A stretch of 64,000 nucleotides of DNA from Gemmatimonadaceae bacterium (GTDB lineage Bacteria; Gemmatimonadota; Gemmatimonadetes; Gemmatimonadales; Gemmatimonadaceae), in the NCBI GenBank assembly GCA_051859245.1, contig JBHYGA010000001.1, positions 1,024,001-1,088,000 of the forward strand, in the 5' to 3' direction. Below are positions 61,823 to 64,000 of this stretch, one piece after another. The notes under the pieces are model-generated. The model made no database searches. It saw only the letters and a program-made list of their open reading frames with translations, and had not been told where the DNA came from. Made by a program: the position numbers and the translations under genes. Position 1 is the first letter of the stretch, and each line of letters begins with the position of its first letter.

Positions 61823-62475
61823 CGCACCCTCTGATCAAGACCTGTGGTCATCTCGCTGTATGCGCCTCGCTGCTCGTCACAGCAGCAGCCAGCCTTGAAG
61901 CGCAAGCCGTACGACGCGGTGCTGCGATCCCGGATCGCGTGGCGACGTCGACGAGAGTCGGCATCCAGGCGCTGGTCGACTCACTCGACGCCGAACAGTT
62001 GCCGTCCTTCGCACTGTTGGACAAAGCGGCGGAAGGGGCGCTCAAGGGCGCCGACGACAGTCGCATCCTGATGGCCGTCCGCGCACTCGCCGCTCGTTTG
62101 CGCAGCGGCCGAGAGTTGCTCGGCCCGCGCGCATCAGACAGCGAGTTGCTTGCGGCGTCGAGTGCGTTGTACGCGGGTGTTTCCGAGAACGCCATCACGC
62201 AACTGGTGCAAACACAACGGGCACGCGATGCGAGCACGCCACTGACGAGTGCGCTGAGTATTGTCGCCGAGCTTGCCTCGGCGTCAGTGCCCGCGGATCT
62301 CGCGCTGTCGTCTGTAGACGCGCTGCTTGCGAAGGGAGCGCGGGATGTGGAGCTGGCCGCGTTTCGGGTCGCGGTGGATCGAGAGATCCGCGGCGGCGTC
62401 ACACCACGTGACGCAACCACTGCAGGCTTGAAGCGCGCGCTGAGCAATCTTGATCGTGCATCTCGCACACCGTGA
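61819..62475 (+). CDS. Exported helical hypothetical protein
   Basis: ATGA coupling; signal peptide; LDKAAEGALKGA. Confidence 0.7.
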   Translation: MTHPLIKTCGHLAVCASLLVTAAASLEAQAVRRGAAIPDRVATSTRVGIQALVDSLDAEQLPSFALLDKAAEGALKGADDSRILMAVRALAARLRSGRELLGPRASDSELLAASSALYAGVSENAITQLVQTQRARDASTPLTSALSIVAELASASVPADLALSSVDALLAKGARDVELAAFRVAVDREIRGGVTPRDATTAGLKRALSNLDRASRTP

Positions 62476-62550
62476 CATTCGTAGAGTGTGTGATCGCCCC
62501 ATGTGTGCAGTTGTATGTGTAAAGGACTCTGAGTAGTTGGTGCGCGAAGA

Positions 62551-62582
62551 TGTGACCTGACGTGACGCTGATGAAGTACCAC
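62551..62582 (+). promoter_or_regulatory. Putative ECF promoter, copy 3
   Basis: TGTGAC 62551-62556 and GTACCAC 62576-62582. Confidence 0.65.
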
Positions 62583-62628
62583 GCGGTGAGTGCATAACAT
62601 CAACGATCACCGTTCAGAAGGAGTCAAC

Positions 62629-63432
62629 ATGCAGCATGGTTCAACGCGTGCCACAATCGCTTTCATCGCCGCAGGTCTTGCGCTGAGCGCGTGTTCTGAT
62701 CAATCCCCGCTCAATGTGAGCGCCGACGGCGCCAAGCTGGAGCTCATTGCCGAAGCGGCAACGAATCCTGGTATTGAGCTCGACCCAAACGCGGCCACGT
62801 TGTACGTACACGAGGGAATCATCATTCGCGCACGGGTGGTTGACGCGTCCGGTGCGGTGATTGCCGGAGCGCAACCAACGTGGCGCAGCAGTGACGCCTG
62901 GGTTGCCGCTGTAAACATCCTGCCAGACTCCATTTCCACACCTGGAGCGCGCGCATCCGTGATTGGTGTCGCGATTGGTGAAGCGCGAGTCACCGCCAGC
63001 TACGCCGAACTTGCGGCGACAACCATGATCACGGTACGTGCCAGGCCCGACTCCGGCAACAACACGCCGCGTCCTCAACCTCAGCCTCGCCCCACAACGT
63101 TCGACGCGGCGATTACGGTGTTGGGATTCATTGCCGGTCCCGATACGTCCACCACTTCGTCGGAGCTGGTACCGGGCAGCACGGTCACGCTGACGTTACT
63201 GCCTCCGGCGCCGGGAGACTCAACCGCCGTTGGCACGCCCACCACAACGGAGACGCGGTTCGCAAGCGCGATTGCCAACGCGCAGTCCCGCGTTCAGTTC
63301 ACCGGTGTCCCGCAGTCGCGTTTCCGAATCGATGTAGTGCCGCCCGCCGGCTCCCCCTGGAAGGCCGCGTCGTTTACATCGCCTGCGCCCTTTGTGGGAT
63401 CGTACACACGCACGCTGTTCCTGGAAAAATGA
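62629..63432 (+). CDS. Lipoprotein with an Ig-like (BIG2-type) domain
   Basis: AAGGAG RBS before ATG 62629; lipobox LSAC; TWRSSD..VA.V; Pro-rich linker. Confidence 0.75.
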   Translation: MQHGSTRATIAFIAAGLALSACSDQSPLNVSADGAKLELIAEAATNPGIELDPNAATLYVHEGIIIRARVVDASGAVIAGAQPTWRSSDAWVAAVNILPDSISTPGARASVIGVAIGEARVTASYAELAATTMITVRARPDSGNNTPRPQPQPRPTTFDAAITVLGFIAGPDTSTTSSELVPGSTVTLTLLPPAPGDSTAVGTPTTTETRFASAIANAQSRVQFTGVPQSRFRIDVVPPAGSPWKAASFTSPAPFVGSYTRTLFLEK

Positions 63433-63452
63433 TGGTGTGATACCAGCGCGCC

Positions 63453-63492
63453 GCCGCCGATATTCCTTTATATTTAAAGGAATATCGGCGGC
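63453..63492. repeat. Perfect 18-bp inverted repeat (operator and/or terminator)
   Basis: GCCGCCGATATTCCTTTA-TATT-TAAAGGAATATCGGCGGC. Confidence 0.85.
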
Positions 63493-63512
63493 ATCCCTTC
63501 CGGAGTCCTCGC

Positions 63513-64000
63513 GTGCGCATCCTTGTTGTTGGCGGCGGTCCTGGTGGTCTCTACGCGGCGCTGCTGCTCAAGCGCCGACATCCCAAGGCCCACATCACGG
63601 TTACTGAGCGCAACTCGCGCGACAGCACGTTTGGTTGGGGCGTCGTTCTCTCGGATCAAACGGTTGCCAACCTGCGCGACGCTGATCCACCGAGCGCGGA
63701 TCGCATCGCCGCCGCGCTGCATCGCTGGGATGACATCGAGATTCATTTTGGCGGCCAGACCATTCGATCTGGTGGCCATGGCTTCAGCGGCATTGGCCGC
63801 CTCGAATTGCTGCGCATTCTGCAGGAGCGATGCCTCGAGCTCGGCGTAGCGCTCGAGTTTCGCGCCGAAACGTCGCCAGACCTTGAATCGGTCATCGCAC
63901 GCGACGGCATCGATCTGGTGATCGCCGCCGATGGCATCAACAGTCGTATTCGCGAGCGGTACGAAGGCACATTCAAACCCGATGTGGACCTTCGGGAATG
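63513..64000 (+). CDS. FAD-dependent monooxygenase, salicylyl-CoA 5-hydroxylase-like (3' truncated; absent from the ORF track)
   Basis: GGAG RBS then GTG 63513: MRILVVGGGPGGLYAALLLKR...ERN...TFGWGVVLSDQT...WDDIEIHF...SGGHGFSGIGR...IAADGINSRIR. Confidence 0.85.
   Translation, partial: MRILVVGGGPGGLYAALLLKRRHPKAHITVTERNSRDSTFGWGVVLSDQTVANLRDADPPSADRIAAALHRWDDIEIHFGGQTIRSGGHGFSGIGRLELLRILQERCLELGVALEFRAETSPDLESVIARDGIDLVIAADGINSRIRERYEGTFKPDVDLRE

Noticed and set aside
1..64000. CRISPR arrays, tRNA/rRNA genes, riboswitches (including a cobalamin switch before bchE)
   Set aside because: No regularly spaced repeats or recognisable RNA motifs by eye; an Infernal/Rfam scan would be needed to exclude them formally

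Overview
GC-rich, gene-dense bacterial chromosomal segment of about 55 CDS. I found no rRNA, tRNA, CRISPR array, transposase or integrase. The gene families (PEP-CTERM protein, SusC/SusD pair, TIGR02999-type ECF sigma next to a Ser/Thr kinase, PadR plus permease, VPS10-type hydrolase with Gly-rich inserts) suggest Gemmatimonadota; this is an inference. Main modules: (1) oxygen-independent tetrapyrrole/bacteriochlorophyll genes split into two minus-strand pairs, bchE-hemN (33.7-36.8 kb) and a divergent hemN-like gene with bchJ (56.5-58.5 kb); (2) an ergothioneine locus with egtB-egtD-DUF427-flavin disulfide reductase, divergent from a betaine-type ABC importer; (3) an atypical Rieske/cytochrome b/cytochrome c operon led by a GltD-like Fe-S flavoprotein; (4) an ECF sigma/CBM48 anti-sigma locus in which the motif TGTGAC-N19-GTA precedes three genes; (5) an ECF sigma, kinase-cyclase-NTPase-TPR and DUF4242 signalling operon. 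All product calls come from motif recognition by eye; no database search was run.
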